Origin: an uncultured Spirochaetota bacterium | GTDB lineage: Bacteria; Spirochaetota; Spirochaetia; SZUA-6; Fen-1364 | Assembly (NCBI GenBank): GCA_963781885.1 | Contig: CAWAHW010000002.1 | Location: forward strand, 147,119 to 211,118 | Direction of reading: 5' to 3' | DNA: 64,000 bases | In this document: piece by piece, positions 9,123-18,337 of the stretch | Layout of the letters: each line of letters starts with the position of its first letter | Position numbering within the stretch: position 1 is the stretch's first letter | Position numbers and translations under genes: made by a program | Notes under the pieces: model-generated | Told to the model about the DNA's origin: nothing | What the model saw: only the letters and a program-made list of their open reading frames with translations | Database searches by the model: none

Positions 9123-10112
9123 ATGAAACCTGTTGTCTGGGGCGTGCTTTCGATTTCCCACCATTACAAGCTTCGCGTCCATACGAATGTGAGCCGGTCC
9201 CCGCTTGTCGACATGCGCGGTCTTGCCTCCCGCTCCCGGGACAAGGCGGCGGAGGCCGCCCGCGATCTGGGCATCGCAAAGTCGTACGGTTCCTACGAGG
9301 AGCTCCTTGCGGACAAGGAGATCGAGGCAGTCTACATCCCGCTTCCCAACCACCTGCACGCGGAATGGGTGAAGAAGGCAGCGGATGCGGGAAAGCACGT
9401 CCTCTGTGAGAAGCCATTCGCCATGGATGCCAAAGAGGCGGAGGGGGCGATCCGCTACGCGGAGCGCAAGGGCGTGCGCGTGATGGAGGCCTTCATGTAC
9501 CGATTCCATCCCCAGTGGAAAAAGGCGCAGGAGCTGCTGAAGGCGGGGGAGATCGGGAAGGTGCAGCTCGTGTCCACGGTCTTCACGTACAGCAACCTCG
9601 ACCCCCACAATATCCGCAATATCCTGGCCGTCGGCGGCGGGGCCATTCCCGACATCGGCTGCTACGCGGTGTCCAGCGCCCGCTTCCTCCTGGGCAGGGA
9701 ACCAACGCGCGTGATCAGCCTCGTCCAGCGCGACCCCACGATGGGCACGGACATCCTCACCTCCGCCCTGCTTGACTTCGGGTCTGCCCGGTGCCAGTTC
9801 ACGATCTCCACCCAGACCCACCCCTGGCAGCGGGTCGACGCACTGGGAACCGGCGGCGCGCTTTCCGTCCTGATCCCTTTCAATGCCTACCCCGACGTGC
9901 CGATGCAGATGACCGTCACCGCGGGCGTCGGCACCCGGCAGATCTACACCCCGCCCACCGACCAGTACGTGGAGATGTTCGAGGGCTTCTCCCGCGCCGT
10001 GCGCGACGGCACGCCCGTTCCCACGCCGCCCCAGGACGCCATCGATAACATGAAGGTGCTCGACGCGCTGTTCAGGTCGGAGAAGTCGGGGAGCTGGGAG
10101 AAGGTGACGTAA
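9123..10112 (+). CDS. Gfo/Idh/MocA-family NAD(P)-dependent oxidoreductase
   Basis: N-terminal Rossmann fold (IPLPNHLHAEWVKKAADAGKHVLCEKP) and a C-terminal alpha/beta domain. RBS agaggtga. Confidence 0.85.
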   Translation: MKPVVWGVLSISHHYKLRVHTNVSRSPLVDMRGLASRSRDKAAEAARDLGIAKSYGSYEELLADKEIEAVYIPLPNHLHAEWVKKAADAGKHVLCEKPFAMDAKEAEGAIRYAERKGVRVMEAFMYRFHPQWKKAQELLKAGEIGKVQLVSTVFTYSNLDPHNIRNILAVGGGAIPDIGCYAVSSARFLLGREPTRVISLVQRDPTMGTDILTSALLDFGSARCQFTISTQTHPWQRVDALGTGGALSVLIPFNAYPDVPMQMTVTAGVGTRQIYTPPTDQYVEMFEGFSRAVRDGTPVPTPPQDAIDNMKVLDALFRSEKSGSWEKVT

Positions 10113-10176
10113 GCAGGCACGGCACCGGCCTTGTGCGGTCCGGTGGCCGCACCCGCCTGATCGGGATCCGGTCAGG

Positions 10177-11256
10177 TCACCGGTTGCAGCCGCATGAGGC
10201 GCGGATCTTGAGCTCAGGTGAGGATCTATGGGTCTCGTTCGCGAAAACGCCGTGAGCGGTCATGTCGAGCGCAATGGCTCCCACGATCTCCCCCAGGTGC
10301 CGCGCGCCGGGATCCAACGATGTCATGCCCATCCCAAGGGCGAGGCCGGAGTTTCCATAGCCGATCACCGAGCAGTCCCGTCCGGGTGCGAGCCCGGTCG
10401 AGGTCAGTCCGTGGAGTGCCCCTGCCGCCGTCTCATCCGAGGCACAGAGGAATGCCCGGCATTCAGGCGACCGGGAGAGCATCTGACGACAAGCGTCCTT
10501 TGCGGCGTCCACACCGGGCGCTATGGTTCGCATGAGCGCTGGCTCAACTGACAGCCCGGCCGCGGCCATCTCCTCCTCGTAGCCCTTTCGAAGCTGATCC
10601 ACGGTAAAGCTCGTCTCTGCGGCAAGGAAGGCGATCGATCTGTGCCCGAGATCCTGGAGGTAGCGCACGGCATCACGTGCACCTTTCACGTCGTCCACGA
10701 TGACTTGGGGGGCGCGTGCCGGCTCCCGCAGGCCGCGTACGACGATGGTGTTCCGCAACTCTTCTCCCACCTGCACTATCGACCTGGCCGATCCAGCAGG
10801 CTCGAGGATGACCAGCGACCCGGATTCGACGGCCTGGCCGTACAGAGCCGCTTCCAGGAGGACATCATTGTGATGGAGTGAGACGCGCAGCGGCATGTCC
10901 AGGCTGCGGAGCTGCTCCTCCAATGACTCGAGGATCGCCGCATTCGTCTCATCCATGTGCGCGCAGAGCAGCTGCGCAAACGGGAAATGTGCCGCCCTCC
11001 GCGAAGCGACGGACCTGTCGCGCGAGTAGATGACGAGCGTGCCCTTGCCGCTGTAGCGCTCGATATAGCCCTCGAGCACGAGCTTCGCCAGCGCGTTCCT
11101 GACCGTGAGATGCGTGGTCGCGAACCTGTCCTTCAGCGCGCGCTCGGGCGGGAACCAGTCCCCCTTGCGATACTTGCCGGACCTTATTTCCTCCCTGAGC
11201 TCCAGGTAGATTTTCTCGTAGAGGTACTGGCTGGTTCCCGCGGGTTCCTGCGACAT
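10177..11256 (-). CDS. GntR-family regulator with LacI-type (periplasmic-binding-protein-like) sugar-binding domain
   Basis: GntR HTH (YLYEKIYLELREEIRSGKYRKGDWFPPERALKDRFATTHLTVRNAL) fused to a PBP-type effector domain. It is divergent from the SDR/BMC operon. Confidence 0.8.
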   Translation of the reverse strand: MSQEPAGTSQYLYEKIYLELREEIRSGKYRKGDWFPPERALKDRFATTHLTVRNALAKLVLEGYIERYSGKGTLVIYSRDRSVASRRAAHFPFAQLLCAHMDETNAAILESLEEQLRSLDMPLRVSLHHNDVLLEAALYGQAVESGSLVILEPAGSARSIVQVGEELRNTIVVRGLREPARAPQVIVDDVKGARDAVRYLQDLGHRSIAFLAAETSFTVDQLRKGYEEEMAAAGLSVEPALMRTIAPGVDAAKDACRQMLSRSPECRAFLCASDETAAGALHGLTSTGLAPGRDCSVIGYGNSGLALGMGMTSLDPGARHLGEIVGAIALDMTAHGVFANETHRSSPELKIRASCGCNR

Positions 11257-11346
11257 ATGGCTGCCGGTGGATCTTACTGTAAGATGCGCGGTTTTCGATC
11301 TCAAGGTTCGTCCTTCGCCGCGCATCATATGGCATATTTTCGTTGA

Positions 11347-11440
11347 ATGCTATATAGCGCTTACGAAGTCAAAATATCCATATTAAAAAAAGTCTTGACA
11401 GGTAGGATGTTATGCTATATATAGCGCTATATACAGTGAT
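11347..11440. promoter_or_regulatory. divergent promoter region with two palindromic sites (GCTATATAGC and TATAGCGCTATA); the second overlaps the -10 (TTGACA-17-TATATA) of the SDR/BMC operon
   Basis: Seen directly in the AT-rich intergenic region between the regulator and the first SDR gene. Confidence 0.5.
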
Positions 11441-11457
11441 TGCGGAGGGAGCCAACT

Positions 11458-12222
11458 ATGGATCTGGGCTTGAAGGGCAAGACCGCCCTCGTGACGGGCG
11501 GGGGAACGGGGATTGGGGCGGGGATCTGTGAAGCGCTGGCGCAGGAAGGCGTGAACGTCGGGGTCAACTGGATCGTCGGTAAGGACGACGTCACCGCTTT
11601 TGCCGCCCGCTTGAGCCGAACCTACGAAACGGACTGCCGCCCCTTCTATGCAGACGTCTCCAAGCCGGATGACCTGGACGCGATGGTGCGGGAGCTGATC
11701 GCGGCGTACGGTCGCATCGACATCCTGGTGAACAACGCGGGCATCTGGCCCACGGAGGACATCCTCGACATGCCGGACCGCAACTGGGACAAGGTCATCG
11801 GCATCAATCTCAACGGGCCGTTCATGCTCTGCAAGAGGGTCGCGCAGCACATGGTGGCGGCCGGCATCAAGGGGAGCATCGTCAACCTGTCCTCCAAGTC
11901 GGGCATCACGTACAACACGGGCGGTCACGCGCACTACGCGTCGGCCAAGGCCGCGATCATCATGCTCACGAAGTCCCTCCAGCGGGAGCTCGCGCAGCAT
12001 GGCATCCGCGCCAACGCGATCGCCCCCGGCATGGTGCGCACGCCCATCAACGAGGACAAATGGACCGACCCCGAGCTGAAAAAGGCGTACGAGGCGCGCA
12101 TCCCGTCGGGGCGTTTCGCGCTCCCCGTGGAGATCGGCTACGCGGTTGCGTTCCTGGTGTCGGAGAAATCGTTCAACATCATGGGAACCTGTCTCGACGT
12201 CACCGGCGGAATGCTGATATAG
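11458..12222 (+). CDS. SDR-family oxidoreductase (FabG-like)
   Basis: TGGGTGIG Rossmann motif, NNAG, and a YxxxK-type catalytic region (YASAKAA). Confidence 0.85.
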   Translation: MDLGLKGKTALVTGGGTGIGAGICEALAQEGVNVGVNWIVGKDDVTAFAARLSRTYETDCRPFYADVSKPDDLDAMVRELIAAYGRIDILVNNAGIWPTEDILDMPDRNWDKVIGINLNGPFMLCKRVAQHMVAAGIKGSIVNLSSKSGITYNTGGHAHYASAKAAIIMLTKSLQRELAQHGIRANAIAPGMVRTPINEDKWTDPELKKAYEARIPSGRFALPVEIGYAVAFLVSEKSFNIMGTCLDVTGGMLI

Positions 12223-12232
12223 GAGGAAGGAA

Positions 12233-13057
12233 ATGAGCGTGAACCTTTCGGGAAAGACCTGCGTCGTCACCGGCTCGGCAAAGAGCATTGGACTGGGTGT
12301 GGCGGAGATGTATTGCAGCCTGGGGGCAAAAGTGGCCATGATCGATATCAACCCCGACGTCCTGAAGGAAGCCGAGCGGCTGTCGAAGGCGGGGAACGCG
12401 GTCCGGGGCTACATCCTGGACATCACCGATAAGAAGGCGGTGGGGGAATGCTTCCAGGATATCGCAAAGAAGCTGGGCGACGTCTTCGCGCTCGCAAATA
12501 TTGCGGGGGCCGTCGACCAGCAGCCGTTCGAGGAGATTACGCCCGAGCGGCTCGACAAGATGAACAGGATCAATATCAATGGAACGATCTGGTGCGCGCA
12601 GGGCGCGCTCATGACAATGAAGAAGCTCAAGGACGGACGGATCATCAACTTCGCCTCGAAGTCGGGCAAGACGGGCTCCGCCATCATGGCCGCCTACTCG
12701 GGGGCAAAGGGCGCGATCATCTCGATCACGCACGCCATGGCCTTCGAGCTCGCGAAGGAAAACATCAAGGTGAACTGCCTCTGCCCCGGCATCGTCGAGA
12801 AGACGGGAGTCTGGGGCGCGGTGAGCAAGGGCTACGTGGAGAACCTCAAGATGGAGGAGGAGGCCGTGGTGAAGCAGTTCACCTCAAAGGTCCCTCTCGG
12901 GAGGCTCTGCAGGATCGATGACGTGGTGGCATTCGTGAGGTTCCTGACGGTGGACGGGGACTACTGCACCGGCCAGGCTTTCAATGTCAGCGGCGGACGG
13001 GAAATGCACGTAGGAACCACAGAGGAAGGGGGATGGAATGGCGGAGAACCAGTTTGA
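12233..13057 (+). CDS. SDR-family oxidoreductase
   Basis: TGSAKSIG glycine-rich motif and YSGAKGA catalytic motif. The 3' end overlaps the first BMC-H start by about 20 nt. Confidence 0.85.
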   Translation: MSVNLSGKTCVVTGSAKSIGLGVAEMYCSLGAKVAMIDINPDVLKEAERLSKAGNAVRGYILDITDKKAVGECFQDIAKKLGDVFALANIAGAVDQQPFEEITPERLDKMNRININGTIWCAQGALMTMKKLKDGRIINFASKSGKTGSAIMAAYSGAKGAIISITHAMAFELAKENIKVNCLCPGIVEKTGVWGAVSKGYVENLKMEEEAVVKQFTSKVPLGRLCRIDDVVAFVRFLTVDGDYCTGQAFNVSGGREMHVGTTEEGGWNGGEPV

Positions 13058-13331
13058 TGCTCTGGGCATGATCGAGACGCGCGGATTCGCGGCGATGGTG
13101 GAAGCGGCGGACGCGATGGTGAAGGCCGCGAAGGTCGATCTTGTGGGCTACGAGAAGATCGGCGGCGGGTACGTGACGGCGGTCGTGCGCGGCGACGTTG
13201 CCGCCTGTCGCGCGGCGGTGGATGCCGGTGCGCGTGCGGCGGAGAAGGTGGGAGAGATCGTGAGCACGCACGTGATCCCGCGGCCGCATGAAAGCGTGGA
13301 CGCGGCGCTGCCGTTGGGCAGGAAGGGGTAG
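13038..13331 (+). CDS. BMC shell protein, hexamer-forming (BMC-H, PduA/EutM family)
   Basis: [57 protein letters not shown] is a canonical BMC-H sequence. Confidence 0.9.
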   Translation: MAENQFDALGMIETRGFAAMVEAADAMVKAAKVDLVGYEKIGGGYVTAVVRGDVAACRAAVDAGARAAEKVGEIVSTHVIPRPHESVDAALPLGRKG

Positions 13332-13334
13332 GCC

Positions 13335-13976
13335 ATGGCGGTAGACCTCAGGACCTACGTATTCCTCGATTCGCTGCAGCTTCAGAACGCATCGTTCATC
13401 GCCACCGTGTCCAAGGGGTATTACCCCATCGGCATGCAGGCCTGCTGCGTCATCGAGATCGCCCCGGGCATCGAGATCAACAGGCTCACCGATATCGCGC
13501 TGAAGGCCACGAACGTGACCCCCGGCCTCCAGATCGTCGAACGAGCCTACGGACTTCTGGAGGTCCACTCGGACAGCCAGGGCGATGCGCGCATGGCCGG
13601 CGAGGCGGTGCTGCGCGAGCTGAAAAAGACCGAGCAGGATCGGCTGAAGCCGCGGGTGATGACCAGCCAGCTCATCAAGAACATCTCCGACCATCACGCG
13701 CAGCTCATCAACAAGGTGCGTCACGGCAACATGGTGCTGCGCGGCGACACGCTGTACGTGCTGGAGGTGGAGCCCGCGGGCTACGCCTACTACGCGGCCA
13801 ACGAGGCGGAGAAGACCTCGAAGGTGAACATCATCGAGGTGCTGGGCTTCGGGGCATTCGGCCGGGTGTACATCGCCGGGGACGAGGCGGAGGTCATCGA
13901 GGCGCGCAAGGTGGTGGAGTCGCGTTTGGGCGGATTGAGCGGCCGCGAGATCGCGGCAAATACCCAGAGGATATAA
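13335..13976 (+). CDS. BMC shell protein with tandem BMC domains (BMC-T)
   Basis: 213 aa with two BMC-like repeats. The second carries [23 protein letters not shown]. Confidence 0.7.
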   Translation: MAVDLRTYVFLDSLQLQNASFIATVSKGYYPIGMQACCVIEIAPGIEINRLTDIALKATNVTPGLQIVERAYGLLEVHSDSQGDARMAGEAVLRELKKTEQDRLKPRVMTSQLIKNISDHHAQLINKVRHGNMVLRGDTLYVLEVEPAGYAYYAANEAEKTSKVNIIEVLGFGAFGRVYIAGDEAEVIEARKVVESRLGGLSGREIAANTQRI

Positions 13977-14027
13977 GAGCCCAGGTTTGGGCGGGCATTC
14001 GAGCCGTGGATAAGGGGAAGGAAACTA

Positions 14028-14347
14028 TGGCGGAGAACCAGTTTGACGCTTTGGGCATGATCGAGACGCGCGGATTCGCGGCGATGGTGGAAGCGGCGGA
14101 CGCGATGGTGAAGGCCGCGAAGGTCGATCTTGTGGGCTACGAGAAGATCGGCGGCGGGTACGTGACGGCGGTCGTGCGCGGCGACGTTGCCGCCTGTCGC
14201 GCGGCGGTGGATGCCGGTGCGCGTGCGGCGGAGAAGGTGGGAGAGATCGTGAGCACGCACGTGATCCCGCGGCCGCATGAAAGCGTGGACGCGGCGCTGC
14301 CCCTCGGGCGGCAGCCCAGCGGCCCGAAACCGGCGGCGAAGAAGTAG
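14028..14347 (+). CDS. BMC-H shell protein, near-identical duplicate of 13038..13331
   Basis: The same 93-aa core. The DNA is about 99% identical over about 280 bp and only the C-terminal tail differs. Confidence 0.9.
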
Positions 14348-14385
14348 CGGCGCGCGGGCGACGTGCCCGCGGAAGGGATGCGGTC

Positions 14386-14706
14386 ATGGTACTGGCGCGG
14401 GTGAAAGGCACGGTGGTGAGCACGCACAAGCCTTCCTCCATGGAAGGGCTGCGGCTGCTCCTGCTGGAGAAGGTGGACGCGGTGACCCTCAAGGGAAAGG
14501 GCGACTTCGTCGTCGGCATCGACAGCGTGGGCGCGAATGCCGGGGAGATCGTGTTCTACGTCACGGGATCCAGCGCGCGCATGACGGACGCCACGAAGGG
14601 CAAGCCGTCGGATGCCACGATCATCGCGATCGTGGATGCCATCGAGAAGGACGGCGCGCTCACCTACGACAAGGCACGCGGGGACGCCGCGGCAGGCCCG
14701 GCATGA
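14386..14706 (+). CDS. BMC vertex protein (BMC-P, EutN/CcmL/PduN family), paralog 1
   Basis: MVLARVKGTVVSTHK...GEIVFYVTGSSAR...IIAIVD. Confidence 0.85.
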   Translation: MVLARVKGTVVSTHKPSSMEGLRLLLLEKVDAVTLKGKGDFVVGIDSVGANAGEIVFYVTGSSARMTDATKGKPSDATIIAIVDAIEKDGALTYDKARGDAAAGPA

Positions 14707-14996
14707 ACCTTGCGCGGGTGCGGGGCACGGTGGTTGCCAGCGTTCGATCGGACAAGGTGGAAGGGGCGAAGTGGCTCCTCATCGAGGACTGCGACCAGTC
14801 GGGCAAGGGACGCGGCGAGTACCTCGTGGCGCTCGACATGGTGGGCGCCAACCGGGGCGAGCTCGTGCTCGTCACCCAGGGAAGCTCCTGCCGTTGGACG
14901 TACCGCACGGAGGACCGGCCGATGGACACCCTTGTCGTCGCGATCGTGGATGCCATCGACCAGCGCGGGGCCGTGGTCTATGCCGCGGCTCACTGA
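14703..14996 (+). CDS. BMC vertex protein (BMC-P), paralog 2
   Basis: MNLARVRGTVVASVRS...GELVLVTQGSS...VVAIVDAID. ATGA overlap with paralog 1. Confidence 0.8.
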   Translation: MNLARVRGTVVASVRSDKVEGAKWLLIEDCDQSGKGRGEYLVALDMVGANRGELVLVTQGSSCRWTYRTEDRPMDTLVVAIVDAIDQRGAVVYAAAH

Positions 14997-15006
14997 GGGA
15001 TGACGC

Positions 15007-16455
15007 ATGGCAAACCCGGCTGACGAGATTCGACAGATCGTCGCGGAGGTCCTGAAGAGCGCCGACGTCGCGGCGATGCTCAACGGGACGGGCGCGGCAG
15101 CGGGCGCGGCGCGCCCGGGCGTCGCCTTCGGCAATGGCGTGTTCGCCGACATCGACTCCGCGGTCGGTGCCGCCGCGGCGGCACAGAGGGAGCTTGCGGA
15201 GCTGCCGCTGGACACCCGCCGCCGCATGATCGACGCGATGCGTCACGCGGTCATTGCCGCCAACGATTCCTTCAGCGCCGAGGCCGTGGCGGAGACCGGC
15301 CTGGGCAACGTGCGGGACAAGAAGGTCAAGAACGAGCTCGCGGCGGCAAAGACCCCCGGCGTGGAGGACGTCGAGCCCTCCGCATACTCCGACGAGCACG
15401 GCCTCACCATCACGGAGCGCGCGCCGTATGGCGTGATCGGCGCGATCACGCCGGTGACCAATCCCACCGCCACGATCACGAGCAATTCCATCGGCATGAT
15501 CTCCGCGGGCAATTCCGTTGTTTTCAACGTGCACCCGAACGCAAAGGGGGTCTCCAATCGGCTTGTTGCGCTTCTCAACGATGCCATCGCGGGCGCGGGC
15601 GGGCCGCGCAACCTCCTCTGTGCCATTGCCGAGCCCACCATCGAAAGCGCGGGCGAGCTGATGAAGCATCGCGGTGTGGCGATCCTCGTCGTCACCGGCG
15701 GCCCCGGCGTGGTGAAGGCGGCCATGGGCAGTGGCAAGAAGGCAATCTGCGCCGGTCCGGGCAACCCTCCCTGTGTCGTGGACGCTACCGCCGACATGTC
15801 GAAGGCCGGTCGGGACATCGTGGCAGGGGCCAGCTTCGACAACAACGTGGTCTGCATCTGCGAGAAGGAAGTGCTCGCCGTGGATTCCATCGCGGACAGG
15901 CTGAAGCAGGAGATGAGGGCCAACGGCGCCTTCGAGCTCAACCCGAGCCAGCGTGACGCGGTGACCCGTCTGGTGATCCCCTCGCCCAAGGGGCCGCGCG
16001 TCGAGAGCGCGCCGAACAAGGACATGGTGGGAAAGGACGCGGCGTTCATCGCACGCGCGGCCGGCATCGAGGTTCCCCCCTCCACAAGGCTCCTCCTGAT
16101 GGAGGTGGATCGTGATCACCCCCTGGTGTGGAGCGAGCAGCTCATGCCCGTGCTGCCCCTCGTGCGCATGCAGAGCGCCGACGAGGCCATCGATTTTGCC
16201 GTGGCGGTGGAGCATGGGTTCCGGCATACGGCCATGATCCACTCCCACGACATCGAGAAGCTTTCCCGGATGGCGCGCCTCATGAACTGCTCCCTGTTCG
16301 TGAAGAATGGTCCTTGCTACGCCGGTCTCGGCCAGGGCGGGGCAGGGTTCACCTCGTTCACCATCGCCAGCCCCACCGGCGAAGGGCTCACCCGTGCGCG
16401 CACGTTCACCCGTGAACGGCGCTGCACGCTGGTGGACTATTTCAGGATCGTGTAG
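15007..16455 (+). CDS. CoA-acylating aldehyde dehydrogenase (EutE/PduP family) with N-terminal encapsulation-peptide-like helix
   Basis: Catalytic region SFDNNVVCICEKE. The N-terminal MANPADEIRQIVAEVLKS is an amphipathic helix. Confidence 0.9.
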   Translation: MANPADEIRQIVAEVLKSADVAAMLNGTGAAAGAARPGVAFGNGVFADIDSAVGAAAAAQRELAELPLDTRRRMIDAMRHAVIAANDSFSAEAVAETGLGNVRDKKVKNELAAAKTPGVEDVEPSAYSDEHGLTITERAPYGVIGAITPVTNPTATITSNSIGMISAGNSVVFNVHPNAKGVSNRLVALLNDAIAGAGGPRNLLCAIAEPTIESAGELMKHRGVAILVVTGGPGVVKAAMGSGKKAICAGPGNPPCVVDATADMSKAGRDIVAGASFDNNVVCICEKEVLAVDSIADRLKQEMRANGAFELNPSQRDAVTRLVIPSPKGPRVESAPNKDMVGKDAAFIARAAGIEVPPSTRLLLMEVDRDHPLVWSEQLMPVLPLVRMQSADEAIDFAVAVEHGFRHTAMIHSHDIEKLSRMARLMNCSLFVKNGPCYAGLGQGGAGFTSFTIASPTGEGLTRARTFTRERRCTLVDYFRIV

Positions 16456-16457
16456 CC

Positions 16458-16742
16458 ATGAAGCTGGGACGCGTGATCGGCAGGGTGGTCTGCACGCAGA
16501 AGATGGAGTGTTTCGAGGGATTGAAGCTCCTCCTCGTGCAGCCGGTGGATGAGGACGGCAAAGACGCCGGCAGTCCCCTTGTGGCCTTCGACGTGGCACG
16601 GGCGGGGGAGGGGGACCTCGTGATGTTCGAAGCGGGAAAGGAAGCTGCGCAGGCGAACCCCAACGGCTGGTTCAATCCCGGCGACGCGGCGATCCTTGGG
16701 GTCGTGGATGAGGTATCGACAGGACCGCGGAGGGGCCGATGA
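16458..16742 (+). CDS. BMC vertex protein (BMC-P), paralog 3
   Basis: MKLGRVIGRVVCTQK...GDLVMFEAGKEA...AILGVVDEV. Confidence 0.8.
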   Translation: MKLGRVIGRVVCTQKMECFEGLKLLLVQPVDEDGKDAGSPLVAFDVARAGEGDLVMFEAGKEAAQANPNGWFNPGDAAILGVVDEVSTGPRRGR

Positions 16743-17047
16743 CGCTTGCGAAGGTGACGGCGAATGTCGTTTCCACGGAGAAGCATGCCCACTACCGGGG
16801 TCGCAAGATCCTCGTGGTCCAGCCGGTGGGGCCCGATGGGACGCCGAAGGGGAAGAGCTTGCTCGCGGTGGACGGCGTGCAGGCGGGAATCGGCGACCTC
16901 GTGCTCGTTGTGGACGAGGGCGGCTCCGCGCGCGCGGTGATCGGCGATGAGACCGCGATGACCATCCGGACTGCGATCTGCGGGATCGTCGACCGCATTG
17001 ATGTCGCGGAAGATCCCGCGACATCAATTGACATCGAGAACCGGTGA
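16739..17047 (+). CDS. BMC vertex protein (BMC-P), paralog 4
   Basis: MTLAKVTANVVSTEK...GDLVLVVDEGGSAR...AICGIVDRID. 4-nt overlap with paralog 3. Confidence 0.75.
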   Translation: MTLAKVTANVVSTEKHAHYRGRKILVVQPVGPDGTPKGKSLLAVDGVQAGIGDLVLVVDEGGSARAVIGDETAMTIRTAICGIVDRIDVAEDPATSIDIENR

Positions 17048-17054
17048 GGGAGAA

Positions 17055-17522
17055 GTGAGCGGCAAAGATAACGTGCGCAGCGTGGCCATCGGCTCCGACC
17101 ACGGGGCATTCAGCCAGAAGGAAGCGCTGAAGACATACCTGCAGACTGCGGGCTACCGGGTCGTGGACGTCGGCTGCTTCGACAAAGGTCCGGTTGACTA
17201 CCCGGACATCGCCGTGGCGGTGTGCCGCCACGTGGTGAGCGGGGACTGCGAACGGGGGATCGTGCTGGACGGGGCCGGGATCGGCTCCTGCATCGCCGCG
17301 AACAAGATCAAGGGGATCCGCGCGGCTCTCTGCTACGACATCCGCACCGTCATCAACAGCCGGGAGCACAACAACGCCAACGTGCTCACCCTCGGCGGAC
17401 CGCTGCACGACGCGGGGCAGCTCGCCGACATGGCGCGCACGTGGCTGGAGACCCGCTTCGGCGGCGGGCGGCACATCATCCGGGTGAACAAGATCATGGC
17501 AATCGAACGAGGAGGCGTGTGA
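17055..17522 (+). CDS. rpiB: ribose-5-phosphate isomerase B / RpiB-LacAB family sugar-phosphate isomerase
   Basis: VAIGSDHGAF...DGAGIGSCIAANKIKGIRAAL. A GTG start with RBS gagggagaa is inferred, and the start is uncertain. Confidence 0.8.
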   Translation: MSGKDNVRSVAIGSDHGAFSQKEALKTYLQTAGYRVVDVGCFDKGPVDYPDIAVAVCRHVVSGDCERGIVLDGAGIGSCIAANKIKGIRAALCYDIRTVINSREHNNANVLTLGGPLHDAGQLADMARTWLETRFGGGRHIIRVNKIMAIERGGV

Positions 17523-17527
17523 GACTC

Positions 17528-18319
17528 ATGGACCAGAACCAGTTGATCGAAAAGATCGTGAGCGAGGTCATGGCGCGGATGGCCGCCGCTCCTGCCGCGG
17601 GGAAACCGGCGGAATCGGGCGCCACCAGCGCGTCGGCCGTCCCCGCCCTGGGGTCGGCGGACATCGCGAAATACATCGACCACACCATGCTGCGGCCCGA
17701 GGCTCCCACCGCCGCGTTCGACAAGCTCTGCCAGGAGGCGCTGCAGTATCACTTCTTTGCAGTCTGCGTGAACTCCTGTCGCGTTTCCTACGTGGCGCGC
17801 AAGCTCCAGGGCACGGGCATCAAGGTCGCCTCCGTGGTCGGTTTTCCCCTCGGTGCCATGACGAGCCGGTCCAAGGCCTTCGAGACGCGGGAGGCCATCG
17901 AGGACGGAGCCTCCGAGATCGATATGGTCATCAATATCGGCCTGCTGAAGTCGGGCGATCATCGCGGCGTGGAAGAGGATATTCGCGCGGTGCGCCGTGC
18001 CACCCGGGGGAATACGATCCTGAAAGTGATCATTGAAACGGCCCTGCTTACCCAGGACGAGAAAGTCATGGCGTGCGAGCTTTCAAAGAAGGCTGGCGCC
18101 GACTTTGTGAAGACCTGTACCGGCTTCTCGGGCGGCGGCGCAAGCGTGGAGGACATTTCCCTGATGCGCCGCGTCGTGGGCAGCGAGATGGGGGTGAAGG
18201 CGAGCGGCGGCGTGCGCACGTACAAGAGCGCGCTCGCGTTCATCGGCGCGGGGGCAAGCAGGCTGGGCTGCGTGGCGAGCGTCGCCATCGTCACCGGTGC
18301 GGAGGGATCGGGGAGCTGA
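17528..18319 (+). CDS. deoC: deoxyribose-phosphate aldolase (DeoC) with an N-terminal EP-like helix and an Ala/Pro linker
   Basis: DHTMLRPEA...VCVNSC...GFPLGA...EIDMVINIG...KVIIET...FVKTCTGF...VKASGGVRT. N-terminal MDQNQLIEKIVSEVMARM then AAAPAAGKPAESGATSASAVPA. Confidence 0.85.
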   Translation: MDQNQLIEKIVSEVMARMAAAPAAGKPAESGATSASAVPALGSADIAKYIDHTMLRPEAPTAAFDKLCQEALQYHFFAVCVNSCRVSYVARKLQGTGIKVASVVGFPLGAMTSRSKAFETREAIEDGASEIDMVINIGLLKSGDHRGVEEDIRAVRRATRGNTILKVIIETALLTQDEKVMACELSKKAGADFVKTCTGFSGGGASVEDISLMRRVVGSEMGVKASGGVRTYKSALAFIGAGASRLGCVASVAIVTGAEGSGS

Positions 18320-18337
18320 CTAGCCCCCGCAAACCCC

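Noticed and set aside
11410-12351. 313-aa minus-strand ORF
   Set aside because: It is antisense to the first SDR gene.
13038-14310. The 280-bp direct repeat as an IS element or other mobile element
   Set aside because: Both copies are complete BMC-H coding sequences within an operon, and there are no inverted terminal repeats or transposase.
14872-16599. 575-aa minus-strand ORF across the aldehyde dehydrogenase and BMC-P genes
   Set aside because: It is antisense to well-supported genes. Its composition is Arg/Gly-rich and it has no start context.
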